64,000 bases of DNA. It comes from a virus. Its lineage: Duplodnaviria > Caudoviricetes. Location of the stretch: positions 96,001 through 160,000 of the IMG/VR virus record IMGVR_UViG_3300028171_000090. One strand, 5' to 3'. The notes beneath the pieces were generated by a model that was given only the letters and a program-made list of their open reading frames with translations, made no database searches and was not told where the DNA came from. Both the position numbers and the translations under genes were made by a program. Numbering within the stretch: the stretch's first letter is position 1; every line of letters starts with the position of its first letter. Below, one piece after another: positions 18,268 to 27,385 of the stretch.

Positions 18268-18300
18268 AAAGGAAGCGAATTAACGCTTCCTTTCTTTTTT
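18268..18300 (+). terminator. Intrinsic terminator
   Basis: AAAGGAAGCG-AATTAA-CGCTTCCTTT plus T tract. Confidence 0.8.
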
Positions 18301-18336
18301 TGTCTATTTTACTCTTACATTACCCAACATTATTAT

Positions 18337-18436
18337 AATCGGAAAATATTCCGAATTTCCTCCTCAGGTATATTATTGTACTTAGACTATGGACAAAGAA
18401 AGTGGTATAGGCGCTCAGCCTATACCACTCCTTTTT
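18337..18436 (+). ncRNA. Candidate small RNA with anti-Shine-Dalgarno seed
   Basis: AACA-N6-TA at 18326-18337, 5' hairpin TCGGAA-AATA-TTCCGA, TTCCTCCTCAGG (18357-18368), 12-bp terminator and CCTTTTT; lies between convergent terminators. Confidence 0.4.
18401..18429. terminator. Bidirectional terminator
   Basis: AGTGGTATAGGC-GCTCA-GCCTATACCACT with T-rich tails on both strands. Confidence 0.8.
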
Positions 18437-19529
18437 ATCTCGAATACATAACCTCATAAACCGTACCTAATCTGTCACGTGCAATTCCTTTATCTTTATC
18501 GAATTGAATACGTCCAACAGAGTCTCTATCTGGTAACGGATGATCATCTAACACTTCTCCTAAAGCGTTAACCGCTTCGAACTCCCATCTTTCTGATGGT
18601 AACCATTTACGGATAACAATCTTAATACCAGTATCACCTTCATAATGGAATGCTTGCTCATTGTCTGTTAAGACAATATCTTCAGCCTCAACGAGCTGAT
18701 CGAAGCGTGCATCAATCATATCATCGAAATCCTCTTCACCCAAGTCTTCCAATGCAATTTCATCTTCAGGAATACCGAAGTTATAATTCGGGTCTTCTTC
18801 CAATTTCTTTTTCTTCTTCTTTTTCTTCGTTGTAACGGTAGGTGTATCAGTATCCATTAATTGAGCAAATGCTTGGTTGATTAAGAATTCATCACTAGCA
18901 CCAGCTCCACCCGCAGCGTTACCTTCTTTCGCTTCTCTAGCCGCACGTTTAAGCTCAAGGTCAGAGATACTTTTATTAACAGATGTAATCTCTTTTACGA
19001 TACTTAACTTTGTATTTACTAGTGAAGCTAAGTTAGATGTTTGGTTCGTAATAGCTGTTAAGTAGCCTCTATAATGAGGTGTCTTTTTCAGCATATCTAA
19101 GAATGCTTGACCATCTTCTGTCATATGATTAATATTTTTAAGTAGGTCGCGTAGCATCATAATGGAGCCATCGAAACGTTGTTCGTAGAAGTCTTCTGCA
19201 CTCTTATCTGCTTTTGTTGCAGGTACAGGAGTTCCACCACCACCTTCTCCAAATATATCTTTATTTGTTCCACTCATCTCGTAAAGTGCTGATATAGCAC
19301 TTTGACGTTTCTTACCGCTTTTTTTCTTCTTCGATGGTTTCTCTTTCTTTTTTTTCTCTTTTTCTTTTTTATCTTCGTGCATTTTATCTCGTATACGAGT
19401 ACTAGCCATTAGGCTATTTAAGATTGCTAAGTCCTTATCATTTTCTTCTTTATACACGCTTGGTATAGAAGTAGGTAACTTTTGTGATTTGGGTTCTACA
19501 CGTTTTACCTTTGCTATTCTTAATTTCAT
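18435..19529 (-). CDS. Hypothetical charged protein (Lys tracts, coiled coil, acidic patch), divergent from DNA polymerase N gene
   Basis: GAGGAGG RBS; N-terminal KLRIAKVKRVEP motif shared with RNAP beta tail. Confidence 0.8.
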   Translation of the reverse strand: MKLRIAKVKRVEPKSQKLPTSIPSVYKEENDKDLAILNSLMASTRIRDKMHEDKKEKEKKKKEKPSKKKKSGKKRQSAISALYEMSGTNKDIFGEGGGGTPVPATKADKSAEDFYEQRFDGSIMMLRDLLKNINHMTEDGQAFLDMLKKTPHYRGYLTAITNQTSNLASLVNTKLSIVKEITSVNKSISDLELKRAAREAKEGNAAGGAGASDEFLINQAFAQLMDTDTPTVTTKKKKKKKKLEEDPNYNFGIPEDEIALEDLGEEDFDDMIDARFDQLVEAEDIVLTDNEQAFHYEGDTGIKIVIRKWLPSERWEFEAVNALGEVLDDHPLPDRDSVGRIQFDKDKGIARDRLGTVYEVMYSR

Positions 19530-19541
19530 ATATATTCCTCC

Positions 19542-19605
19542 TCTACGTATATAATATATTGTTTTAAGTTTAACATTCGTCTTAAATATATATTATCTAA
19601 GTGAA
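19542..19605. promoter_or_regulatory. Back-to-back early-type promoters
   Basis: Minus: AATATATTATA-TAC-GTAGA (19542-19560); plus: TATATATTATC-TAA-GTGAA (19587-19605). Confidence 0.6.
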
Positions 19606-19675
19606 AGAGAAAAGACTTGAAATTGAAAAGGAGGGAAACACTTCATTAACCGAGAATAAAGGGAGGAATTTTAAT

Positions 19676-21547
19676 ATGGATATGACCAAACTACTGGGAC
19701 TGCCAGAAGGCGGGGATTACATCTTATTAAATCAGATGTACCACAAGCCTAAACGTGATGGAGATGATATGACTCCAGACGCTATCTCACTAATTATTAA
19801 AAACATAAAGACGGGTGAGAAGCAATTAAAGATTATTGAGAATCCACAGATTGAAGCATATGTGGCAAAGGATGATGTCCAAATAGACTATCCTATGATT
19901 TGTATAGAAGCCGATAAAGTTAATAAGGTTGATTTAAGTTACCGTTATGTCTTGAAAGATATAGCTGGTCTAATTGGTGAGCAAGCCGTCAACCAGTATT
20001 GGCAGATGATTAAAGAACGACGTTCTTCTGAATTAAAGAACTTCCATAAATGGAATCGTATCTTCTCATCTGATGTAGATGTAGAGGATTTCTATAAGTT
20101 TAAATGTCTAGAACACTTTGGAACAAAAGAGAAGTTTAAGTTAACTAAGGGGTTCCTAGATATAGAGGCAGATATCTATGCAGGAAACATTGATATGAAG
20201 AATGTAGAAGGTTCTGCTCCTATTAATGCTGTAACACTTGTGGACAATGATAAGAAACAATCGTTCACTCTATTATTACGTAACTCAGAGAATCCATTGA
20301 TTGCGGAATTCGAGCAAGACATTCCAGGATTCATTGAAGAGATTGAAGCTGAGTTCGAACCAGAATTCGGTAAACTTGAGTACCATATTATCATGTGTGA
20401 TACTGAGATAGAATTAATCAGAAAGTTATTCCAGATTATTAATATTATCCGTGTAGACTTTATGATGGTATGGAACCTCGGGTTCGATTTTCAGTACATT
20501 ATGCACCGTATCGAACGATTAGGAATTGACCCAGAAGACATCATGACGGATGAAGCATTCAAGTATAAAGAGTGTTGGTACTATGCAGATAAACGTAACT
20601 TTAAAATTAACCGTAAAGGTGATTATGCAACACTAACTAGCTTTACAGTATGGGTAGACCAAATGATTAACTATGCAGCGATTCGTAAATCGGGTGCAGA
20701 GTTAGATAGCTATAAGTTAGATTACATAGGTGATAGAGAAGTAGGAGCTAAGAAGTTAGAATATACGGGTACAGCAAACTTCAGAAACTTACCTTATGTA
20801 GATTACAAGATGTTTGTACGATACAATATTCGAGATGTACTTATTCAGATGAAAATCGAAAATAAATTAAATGATATCGAGTTACTGTTTAATAAAGCAT
20901 ATGACTCTAGTACACGATTCAATAAAACATATAAAGAAACTGTGTTCCTGAGAAATAAAGCAGCAATGGAGTTCCAGGAGCAAGGATTAGTTATGGGTAA
21001 TAATCATAATATTACCTATGGTGAAAGTTCAGGAGATAGTGAGAACCAAGAGCGCTTCGAGGGTGCCGTAGTTGGTGATCCGAAGTTAAACTTGCCTACA
21101 GGTATGAATATCTTGAAGAACTATCAATCACGAAATGTATTTAATAACGTAATGGACTTTGACTATAGTTCACTATATCCATCGATTATCATGATATTCA
21201 ACATATTTGCTACGACGCAGCTGGGTCGAGTCATTATGGATAATCGTAACATTACGAAACGAGAAGTTATCACTGATATGGACAAGTATGATAGAGGTGG
21301 TAAGTTCATTGAAGATTTAGAATTAAACGAACCAGTTCAATTCATGCATCGTTGGATGGGTATGCCATCTGCTGAAGATATGCTTGAAGAGTTCGGACAT
21401 GAGCTTGGGGAACGTGCTATACGTAAGGCTCGTGTACAATATGTATCTAAAGTTAAGAAAGATGACAAGAAGAAGAATAAGAAAGGTGTCGAAATACGTA
21501 AAGTAAAAGCGACCAGACTATCGGAGAAGGTGAAGGTTACATGGTAG
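19676..21547 (+). CDS. polB: Family B DNA polymerase, N-terminal half (3'-5' exonuclease + motif A)
   Basis: ExoI FLDIEAD, ExoII WNLGFDFQYI, ExoIII YNIRD, motif A DFDYSSLYPSII; motifs B/C absent; GGGAGG RBS at ATG 19676. Confidence 0.92.
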   Translation: MDMTKLLGLPEGGDYILLNQMYHKPKRDGDDMTPDAISLIIKNIKTGEKQLKIIENPQIEAYVAKDDVQIDYPMICIEADKVNKVDLSYRYVLKDIAGLIGEQAVNQYWQMIKERRSSELKNFHKWNRIFSSDVDVEDFYKFKCLEHFGTKEKFKLTKGFLDIEADIYAGNIDMKNVEGSAPINAVTLVDNDKKQSFTLLLRNSENPLIAEFEQDIPGFIEEIEAEFEPEFGKLEYHIIMCDTEIELIRKLFQIINIIRVDFMMVWNLGFDFQYIMHRIERLGIDPEDIMTDEAFKYKECWYYADKRNFKINRKGDYATLTSFTVWVDQMINYAAIRKSGAELDSYKLDYIGDREVGAKKLEYTGTANFRNLPYVDYKMFVRYNIRDVLIQMKIENKLNDIELLFNKAYDSSTRFNKTYKETVFLRNKAAMEFQEQGLVMGNNHNITYGESSGDSENQERFEGAVVGDPKLNLPTGMNILKNYQSRNVFNNVMDFDYSSLYPSIIMIFNIFATTQLGRVIMDNRNITKREVITDMDKYDRGGKFIEDLELNEPVQFMHRWMGMPSAEDMLEEFGHELGERAIRKARVQYVSKVKKDDKKKNKKGVEIRKVKATRLSEKVKVTW

Positions 21548-22182
21548 AGTTTAACCCGAAAGTATTAAACGCAATGAATCAAGATTGTAAAAACTTGCGT
21601 AAAGACAGTGGATACATTATCAAAGATGGTAAAGTAATGTCTGCGGTAATAGATGTATTTGGAGATGAAACAGTCGGAGTATCAGTCGTTACTCCGATTT
21701 CCTCCGAATATAAAGAATTATTCAGTCTACTAGATGGTATTTGTGTAGATGGAAAAGAACTCTTTGGCTTGTATAAAGTAGTGAAACAGCCAGAGATTCT
21801 AGATGTGACCAGTAAGTACATTAGACTAGGTAATGACGAAGAATCAATTGAATTATCTAGACGAAAGAAAGACTTGAAACCTATCGTACAGAAGGTGAAT
21901 AAATATAATAATATACCTACGGTATCGGATTCAGGTACAGTTATCTCAGGGGATATGTCAGAAGTAGCTTATGAAATTAATGAAACAAAATCAGTACATA
22001 CCGTTCAGATAGGAAGTATGATAGTCCGAGTGAGTAAGAAGATGATTAAGGGATATAAGAAAAATGATAAAGTATACGTGACTTTTCATCAGACAGATGA
22101 ACCTCATCTATTTAAAGCAATAATAGATGTACATAAAAAACACTATATTATATCAAATATGTATCTCATAATTAACTTCTAA
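21541..22182 (+). CDS. Hypothetical protein, candidate DNA sliding-clamp fold
   Basis: Overlaps polymerase stop; two beta-alpha-beta-beta-beta-like units (EFNPKVLNAM, ICVDGKELFGLYK, VRVSKKMI...VYVTF). Confidence 0.35.
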   Translation: MVEFNPKVLNAMNQDCKNLRKDSGYIIKDGKVMSAVIDVFGDETVGVSVVTPISSEYKELFSLLDGICVDGKELFGLYKVVKQPEILDVTSKYIRLGNDEESIELSRRKKDLKPIVQKVNKYNNIPTVSDSGTVISGDMSEVAYEINETKSVHTVQIGSMIVRVSKKMIKGYKKNDKVYVTFHQTDEPHLFKAIIDVHKKHYIISNMYLIINF

Positions 22183-22204
22183 AAACTCAAAGGGGAGGTG
22201 TAGA

Positions 22205-22240
22205 AGACTTATGGGTAAAACCATAAGTCTTTATTTTTTT
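22205..22240 (+). terminator. Terminator-like hairpin overlapping the portal start codon
   Basis: AGACTTATGG-GTAAAA-CCATAAGTCT plus TTATTTTTTT; ATG 22211 lies in the 5' arm. Confidence 0.65.
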
Positions 22241-24529
22241 ATGAAAAAAACGGAAAATCTATCCAATATTAACATAAAACCAGTAGAGCCTTTATTAAAA
22301 GCTCAAGCTGATATTAACCGTGACCTGGAAACACAGGTATATGGTACAGCCAATGATGTACAACGTGATGGAGAACGTACAAGATCACGTGTCAATGATG
22401 TCGTATCGGAATTAATCCAAAGGGAGACAGGTTCTGCCAATGGAGACTTAATAGGTGGACTGGAAAGTTACTACGGTAACTCAGGTGGTAAAGATAAAGA
22501 AACATTTAACCGTATTAAAGATGCTTTATCTAATCCTGATGGAGCTAGTGACATCTATAAAATCTACTCTGAATTAAACTCGACAATTAGTAAGAACGAG
22601 GATTTAAATGTTGTCGTTAACTTAATCCCTCAGCTTGGTGACGCAATCAATGCGATAACAGATTCCATTCTATCACCAGATGATTTCACGAAACAAGTAG
22701 TGTTATCTCTTATGAAAGCTGATGTAGAATTAAAAGAAGATGACGATTTCAGAAAAGAGTCAATGCAAGTATTATCTGAGTATAAGTACAATAAGCATAT
22801 CAAAGAGATTGTAAATAAAACTGCTATCCAAGGTAAGCATTACGTGGCAGCTATCCCTTACAGTCGAGCATTCCAATATCTTTTAAATGATAAAGATATG
22901 CAACTTGCAAAACAGCAAATGATGGGTAGAACGACTTTATCTGAATCTTACAAAGGTAAGACGGAGGAAGTAACAGAACTTCTAACTGAATCGTTTACGA
23001 TGAATCTTTCAGAATGTTATGAATCAAAATCTATTGAAGACCTGAAAGGTAGTATCGTGGAAACGGTAGACTCATTCGTTCTTCAAGAAGGTGCTGTAAA
23101 TCTTGTAGATATGGAGCTACTACAAGAGGCAAAGAAACAAAACATGATTAAGAAGAAAGCTCCGAAGAAGAAAGATAAATCGGAAACACTTGCGAAAGAA
23201 TTAGAAGCAAACGGTAAGATTATAAATGACGGATTTAAATCTACCGATGAGATAAAAGAACTAACTGATGCTGATACAGCTTCTTTAAAAGGGGTCGTTA
23301 TCAAGCAGTTAGATATCCGTAAAGTCATTCCATTAGAAGTAGACGATATCTGTCTAGGGTATTACTACATTGAATCAGATGATACACAACAAGCTCTCCG
23401 TAAGAGCTATAATCCACAACAGTGGGCACAGAACATTAAGAAAAGTGCTTCGAAGCAGACGGTATCTAACTCTGTTGAGAATGCTTACAGTAACTTGTCG
23501 AAACTATTATTGCATCGTCTAGATAAGAAGTTCTTAGAGAAGAATGCTCACATTAAAGATGAGATTTACGGATTATTAAAATACCACCAAGTACTTCATA
23601 ACCGTAATGCTGTTAAAGTAACATACTTACGTCCTGATGAAGTATACAAGTTTGAAATCAATGGTGGGAAATCTGTATTAGACAATGTATTATTCTTTGC
23701 GAAGTTATACTTAGGATTATTAATGTCTAATATCATGATGCGTATTTCTCGTTCTAATGATATTCGTGCATACTACATTAATAGTGGTGTAGCACCAGAT
23801 GTATCAAGCGTAGTAAACCATGCAATCAATGAGATTAAAAAGGACAATCGTTCTTTAATGCATTTAAATAACATTCCTCGTATGATTGCAACTACGACTA
23901 AATTTACAGATTTATTCTTACCTACAGATAAAGATGGTAAACGTCCGATTGACTTTGACATCATTCAAGGTCAAGATGTGCAGGTAAAAGATGAAATGAT
24001 GGAGATGCTAGAAGAGATTATTGTCAGTGGGACCGGAGTTCCAAGCGTGCTATTGAACGCTTCTAATGACGTAGACTTTGCTAAGACCTTAACTATGTTA
24101 AGTACCAAGTACCTACGTCGGGTATTAGGTTGGCAGTTGGATTTAAATGAACCGAATACGGAATTCATTAAAGCAATTCTTCGTAGTGAGTTGGATGATA
24201 GAGAAAGTGAAATCAATAGCTTAACAACTTCATTCCAAGCACCGACGAATCTAGTATTACAGAATGCATTAGATGAAATTAATAATGCAAGAGATTTAGC
24301 GAATGCTATCTCAGGAGCAATGATTGGAGATAACAACCAAGATGAAGATGCACAACGTTTATTAGATATACTAAACTTATCTATTATGAAACAGTATGCA
24401 CCATCTGTCCCTTGGGCATCATTTGCTGAAATGGAGAAACAGGCTCGTGTGCAATTAGAGAAAGAAAAAGCAGAGAAAGCGGCTAAAGCGAAGAACGCTG
24501 GTGGCGGCGATGATACATCAGGTTACTAA
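22211..24529 (+). CDS. Portal protein (T4 gp20/phiKZ-like)
   Basis: MRISRSNDIRAYYINSG and DLFLPTDKDGKRPIDFDIIQGQ...GTGVPSVLL parallel T4 gp20 YRITRAPDRRVWYVDTG and EDYWLQRRDGK..EVDTLPG...LRVPLSRI; start uncertain (22211 or 22241). Confidence 0.8.
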   Translation: MGKTISLYFFMKKTENLSNINIKPVEPLLKAQADINRDLETQVYGTANDVQRDGERTRSRVNDVVSELIQRETGSANGDLIGGLESYYGNSGGKDKETFNRIKDALSNPDGASDIYKIYSELNSTISKNEDLNVVVNLIPQLGDAINAITDSILSPDDFTKQVVLSLMKADVELKEDDDFRKESMQVLSEYKYNKHIKEIVNKTAIQGKHYVAAIPYSRAFQYLLNDKDMQLAKQQMMGRTTLSESYKGKTEEVTELLTESFTMNLSECYESKSIEDLKGSIVETVDSFVLQEGAVNLVDMELLQEAKKQNMIKKKAPKKKDKSETLAKELEANGKIINDGFKSTDEIKELTDADTASLKGVVIKQLDIRKVIPLEVDDICLGYYYIESDDTQQALRKSYNPQQWAQNIKKSASKQTVSNSVENAYSNLSKLLLHRLDKKFLEKNAHIKDEIYGLLKYHQVLHNRNAVKVTYLRPDEVYKFEINGGKSVLDNVLFFAKLYLGLLMSNIMMRISRSNDIRAYYINSGVAPDVSSVVNHAINEIKKDNRSLMHLNNIPRMIATTTKFTDLFLPTDKDGKRPIDFDIIQGQDVQVKDEMMEMLEEIIVSGTGVPSVLLNASNDVDFAKTLTMLSTKYLRRVLGWQLDLNEPNTEFIKAILRSELDDRESEINSLTTSFQAPTNLVLQNALDEINNARDLANAISGAMIGDNNQDEDAQRLLDILNLSIMKQYAPSVPWASFAEMEKQARVQLEKEKAEKAAKAKNAGGGDDTSGY

Positions 24530-24542
24530 AATGACAAAAGAT

Positions 24543-24571
24543 ATAGACTATACCATTACGGTATAGTCTAT
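24543..24571. terminator. Bidirectional terminator between portal and tube genes
   Basis: ATAGACTATACC-ATTAC-GGTATAGTCTAT. Confidence 0.8.
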
Positions 24572-24576
24572 TTTTA

Positions 24577-25338
24577 TCACACTTCTGGTAATACAGGACG
24601 GAATTGATCGTATCTCTCGATCTTACGTCGCGCTTGAACGATTTTGTTAGCGTATTCGTTAATGTAAACGGATTCGTATTTAACACCAGTGAATTCAAGG
24701 TCAATTTGTACAAGACCGTGTTCACCGTGGTTCAAGTTCAAGTGAGATTTTGGAATCTTTGTTGGTACAATATTAGCGATTAATGCAGCGTACTCAATAC
24801 CTTTAGAACCACCAGTAGGGTCAGTTACTACGTATAGTAATTCGCCAGAGTGGTTTTTAGCACAGTATCCACCGTCAATTGTATCAGCTAATCCGTGGTA
24901 AGTAGCGTAACCAGTTTTAGGGTCACGAATACCTGTTGCCCAGTAGTTGATCGCTTCACGAACAGGAGAACCTTGTAATTCATATACTTTCATAGTGAAA
25001 GTATCGAAGTCATCCTTCATATTTGTAACCATTTTGAATTGGTTACCAGCGATACCACCAGTCATATCCTCAGAGTCTACTGCCATATCTTGAATTCCAT
25101 CGAATGAAGTATGACCTTTCTCTGTGTAGTTGCGGAAACGCGTAGTTAATTCTGGGTGACCTTGCGTCATGAACGGAGGTAGTTTAACCCAGTAGAATTG
25201 AGCGTAACCAGTAATCATTGGGTCGAACTGGTTAATGTTAGCATTATCCAATTTCAGTATACCCTTAAATAAATCTACATCATCGTATGCACGAGTTACT
25301 TGACGTAAACCAGTTTGAGATGTGTGTAATGTAGACAT
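24577..25338 (-). CDS. Tail tube protein
   Basis: Directly downstream of sheath; 253 aa, beta-rich, FTMKVYELQGSPVREAINYW, DLEFT; high-expression codon usage. Confidence 0.7.
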   Translation of the reverse strand: MSTLHTSQTGLRQVTRAYDDVDLFKGILKLDNANINQFDPMITGYAQFYWVKLPPFMTQGHPELTTRFRNYTEKGHTSFDGIQDMAVDSEDMTGGIAGNQFKMVTNMKDDFDTFTMKVYELQGSPVREAINYWATGIRDPKTGYATYHGLADTIDGGYCAKNHSGELLYVVTDPTGGSKGIEYAALIANIVPTKIPKSHLNLNHGEHGLVQIDLEFTGVKYESVYINEYANKIVQARRKIERYDQFRPVLPEV

Positions 25339-25374
25339 AGGTTGATCTCTCCTTTCTTATAAAAAGACCGCGAA

Positions 25375-27273
25375 TTACACGCGGTCAATTGAGATTGTAA
25401 TATCATTGATTTCAGTGATAGATTTAAATCCGACACGGATAGCCGTTTGGATACGACGAGGAGTGTCAGGGTTTGAACTCTTCGTAATCACACCTTCAAT
25501 GAACTTACATTTGAAGTCACGATATTTAGCTAGACGCATGTCCAACATACGGTTGAATTCTTTTAAGTCCTCTTCCGTTTCATTTGGTTTGTAACGGAAT
25601 TTAGGGCTAAGCATTTCAACATCGCGTTTGATATCGTATAACGTATGAACGTTGTTCATGTCTAATAACTGAGAGTCTTTAGACTGAGAAGATAACTGAG
25701 TACCGAATGTGATTTCACCGTACTCTTCTTCTAAGTAGTTCAAACGTAATTCGTAAAGATCAGATTTATCTGCATCTTCAGCCACAGCAGGACGTACACT
25801 ATTAGGAATAATGTATTGGTTCAGCTTCACGAAGTCACCTGCTAATGGAATATGATTTCCATAAGAAGCGAAATGTGCTGGCATTGTATTAGCTACAAGG
25901 TAAGTCATTGTTACTGGAATATCCTTACCTGTGTATTCATCATAAGTCATGAAGTTTTGAGCCATGATAGTTACTCCGTAAGAGTTAACTGTTAACTCAG
26001 TTTGTCTCCATGTCTTTAAGTCAAGAATTGTGTGAGACATACCTGCATCTAAGTACAATGGTAGGTCATCACGTAGGTAACGCCAGTTAATCATAGCTTG
26101 CTTAACTTCCAATGGATAGTTTGCATCTAAAGCTACGTTAGCAGGGTTACGTTTACGGTCTAAGATTGTTTTATCAATCTTTCCGTCGAACGCATCAATT
26201 AAACGTTCGTTGATAGCGATTTGACGGTCACGGTTAGAACGTTTGAACGCTCCATCGTCACCAGCTGCTAATGGGTAACCTTCGTATAAACTTAGGTTAA
26301 TGCTATCTTTAGCAGTTGTGATGTGTTTGTAGTTCGTAGTATCACGGTTACGGAAGAATAAGAAGTCGATTTCTTCTGGTTTAATCTCCGCTTCTGGATG
26401 CTCTTGTTGAACTACAGGGCGTAACATTTCAGCCATTTGATAGAATGAATCTTCAATAGCGAAAGTGTTAATTGGGAAGATGTTACGTTTTAGTACATCT
26501 TCAATGTACTCGCTTCGGCTGTAGACACTACGAGCATCTGGGAATGTAGAGATGTTTAATGGTACCTCAACACGTTGTAACCCGTTCTCGTTGTTAAATA
26601 ACTCGAAGCTGTAGTTACGATAAACAGTTTCTTTATCGCGAGATGGAGATGGAGTTAAGCGGATGCGGTAAGCATTACCGAATTCTCCACGACCTTTTGA
26701 TACGAATAAGTAAAGTGGGAAAATAATCCCATCCGCAGCATTAGAGTCATCGTATTTCTCTTTCATAAGAATTTCGATGTCATCGTTCACGTCGCGTAAG
26801 TTGTCATACTTTTCAGCGAAAAGTTTAACTTCAGCTTTCTTTTCTTTAATAGGAACGTTACCTGAAGCAGTAGTAGTCTCTTGACCAGTTACAGCATCAA
26901 TGTAAAGAGGGTTCCCTTTAGAGTCAGTCTTTTGTTTGTCAAAGACTGCCACTTTTGCCATGATAAGTACGTTTGCATATGTAGCATCTTTCGCTGTAAT
27001 ACGCATTCCTCGTACTTGTCCACCATTACGCAACCAAGATAGTACGTTGTAGTACCCTTGACCGTGTACTTTAAAGTTTCCTTTACCGTAATCTCTTTCG
27101 GTGATAGCTAAGTCACGTAAAAGTGTCATTTGACCATCGATACCTTTGTCAGAGATGAATGGAGCAATTAATACTGCACCATTGTTTACGAAGGAATCTG
27201 TTTTAATTTCGGTATTGTCCTGAACACGAAGTGTATCGTGTGGATGTTTGTATAAACCTGGAGCAATAGCCAT
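25375..27273 (-). CDS. Tail sheath protein
   Basis: 631 aa; YG(K)GNF..GQGYYNVLSWL N-terminal motif, C-terminal DMNNVHTLYDIKR...AIRVGF; GGAGG RBS at ATG 27273. Confidence 0.8.
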   Translation of the reverse strand: MAIAPGLYKHPHDTLRVQDNTEIKTDSFVNNGAVLIAPFISDKGIDGQMTLLRDLAITERDYGKGNFKVHGQGYYNVLSWLRNGGQVRGMRITAKDATYANVLIMAKVAVFDKQKTDSKGNPLYIDAVTGQETTTASGNVPIKEKKAEVKLFAEKYDNLRDVNDDIEILMKEKYDDSNAADGIIFPLYLFVSKGRGEFGNAYRIRLTPSPSRDKETVYRNYSFELFNNENGLQRVEVPLNISTFPDARSVYSRSEYIEDVLKRNIFPINTFAIEDSFYQMAEMLRPVVQQEHPEAEIKPEEIDFLFFRNRDTTNYKHITTAKDSINLSLYEGYPLAAGDDGAFKRSNRDRQIAINERLIDAFDGKIDKTILDRKRNPANVALDANYPLEVKQAMINWRYLRDDLPLYLDAGMSHTILDLKTWRQTELTVNSYGVTIMAQNFMTYDEYTGKDIPVTMTYLVANTMPAHFASYGNHIPLAGDFVKLNQYIIPNSVRPAVAEDADKSDLYELRLNYLEEEYGEITFGTQLSSQSKDSQLLDMNNVHTLYDIKRDVEMLSPKFRYKPNETEEDLKEFNRMLDMRLAKYRDFKCKFIEGVITKSSNPDTPRRIQTAIRVGFKSITEINDITISIDRV

Positions 27274-27308
27274 AAATAAAACCTCCAATCTTTTAAGTCA
27301 TAAGATAT

Positions 27309-27320
27309 TAATCTTATGTT
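27309..27320 (-). promoter_or_regulatory. Late-type promoter AACA-N6-TA for sheath/tube
   Basis: AACA-TAAGAT-TA; AR9 nvRNAP late consensus is AACA-N6-T(A/G). Confidence 0.6.
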
Positions 27321-27385
27321 CCATTACAAGATTGCGAGGAGGCAAAAAAAGACCCCATACTACCTGAATGTAGTATGGGTTTTTC

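Noticed and set aside
22330-22341. AACA-N6-TA inside the portal ORF
   Set aside because: Single intragenic hits are expected by chance at roughly one per kb in this composition
27334-27343. GCGAGGAGGC SD-like sequence on the plus strand between sheath promoter and terminator
   Set aside because: No start codon at usable spacing and no promoter support on that strand
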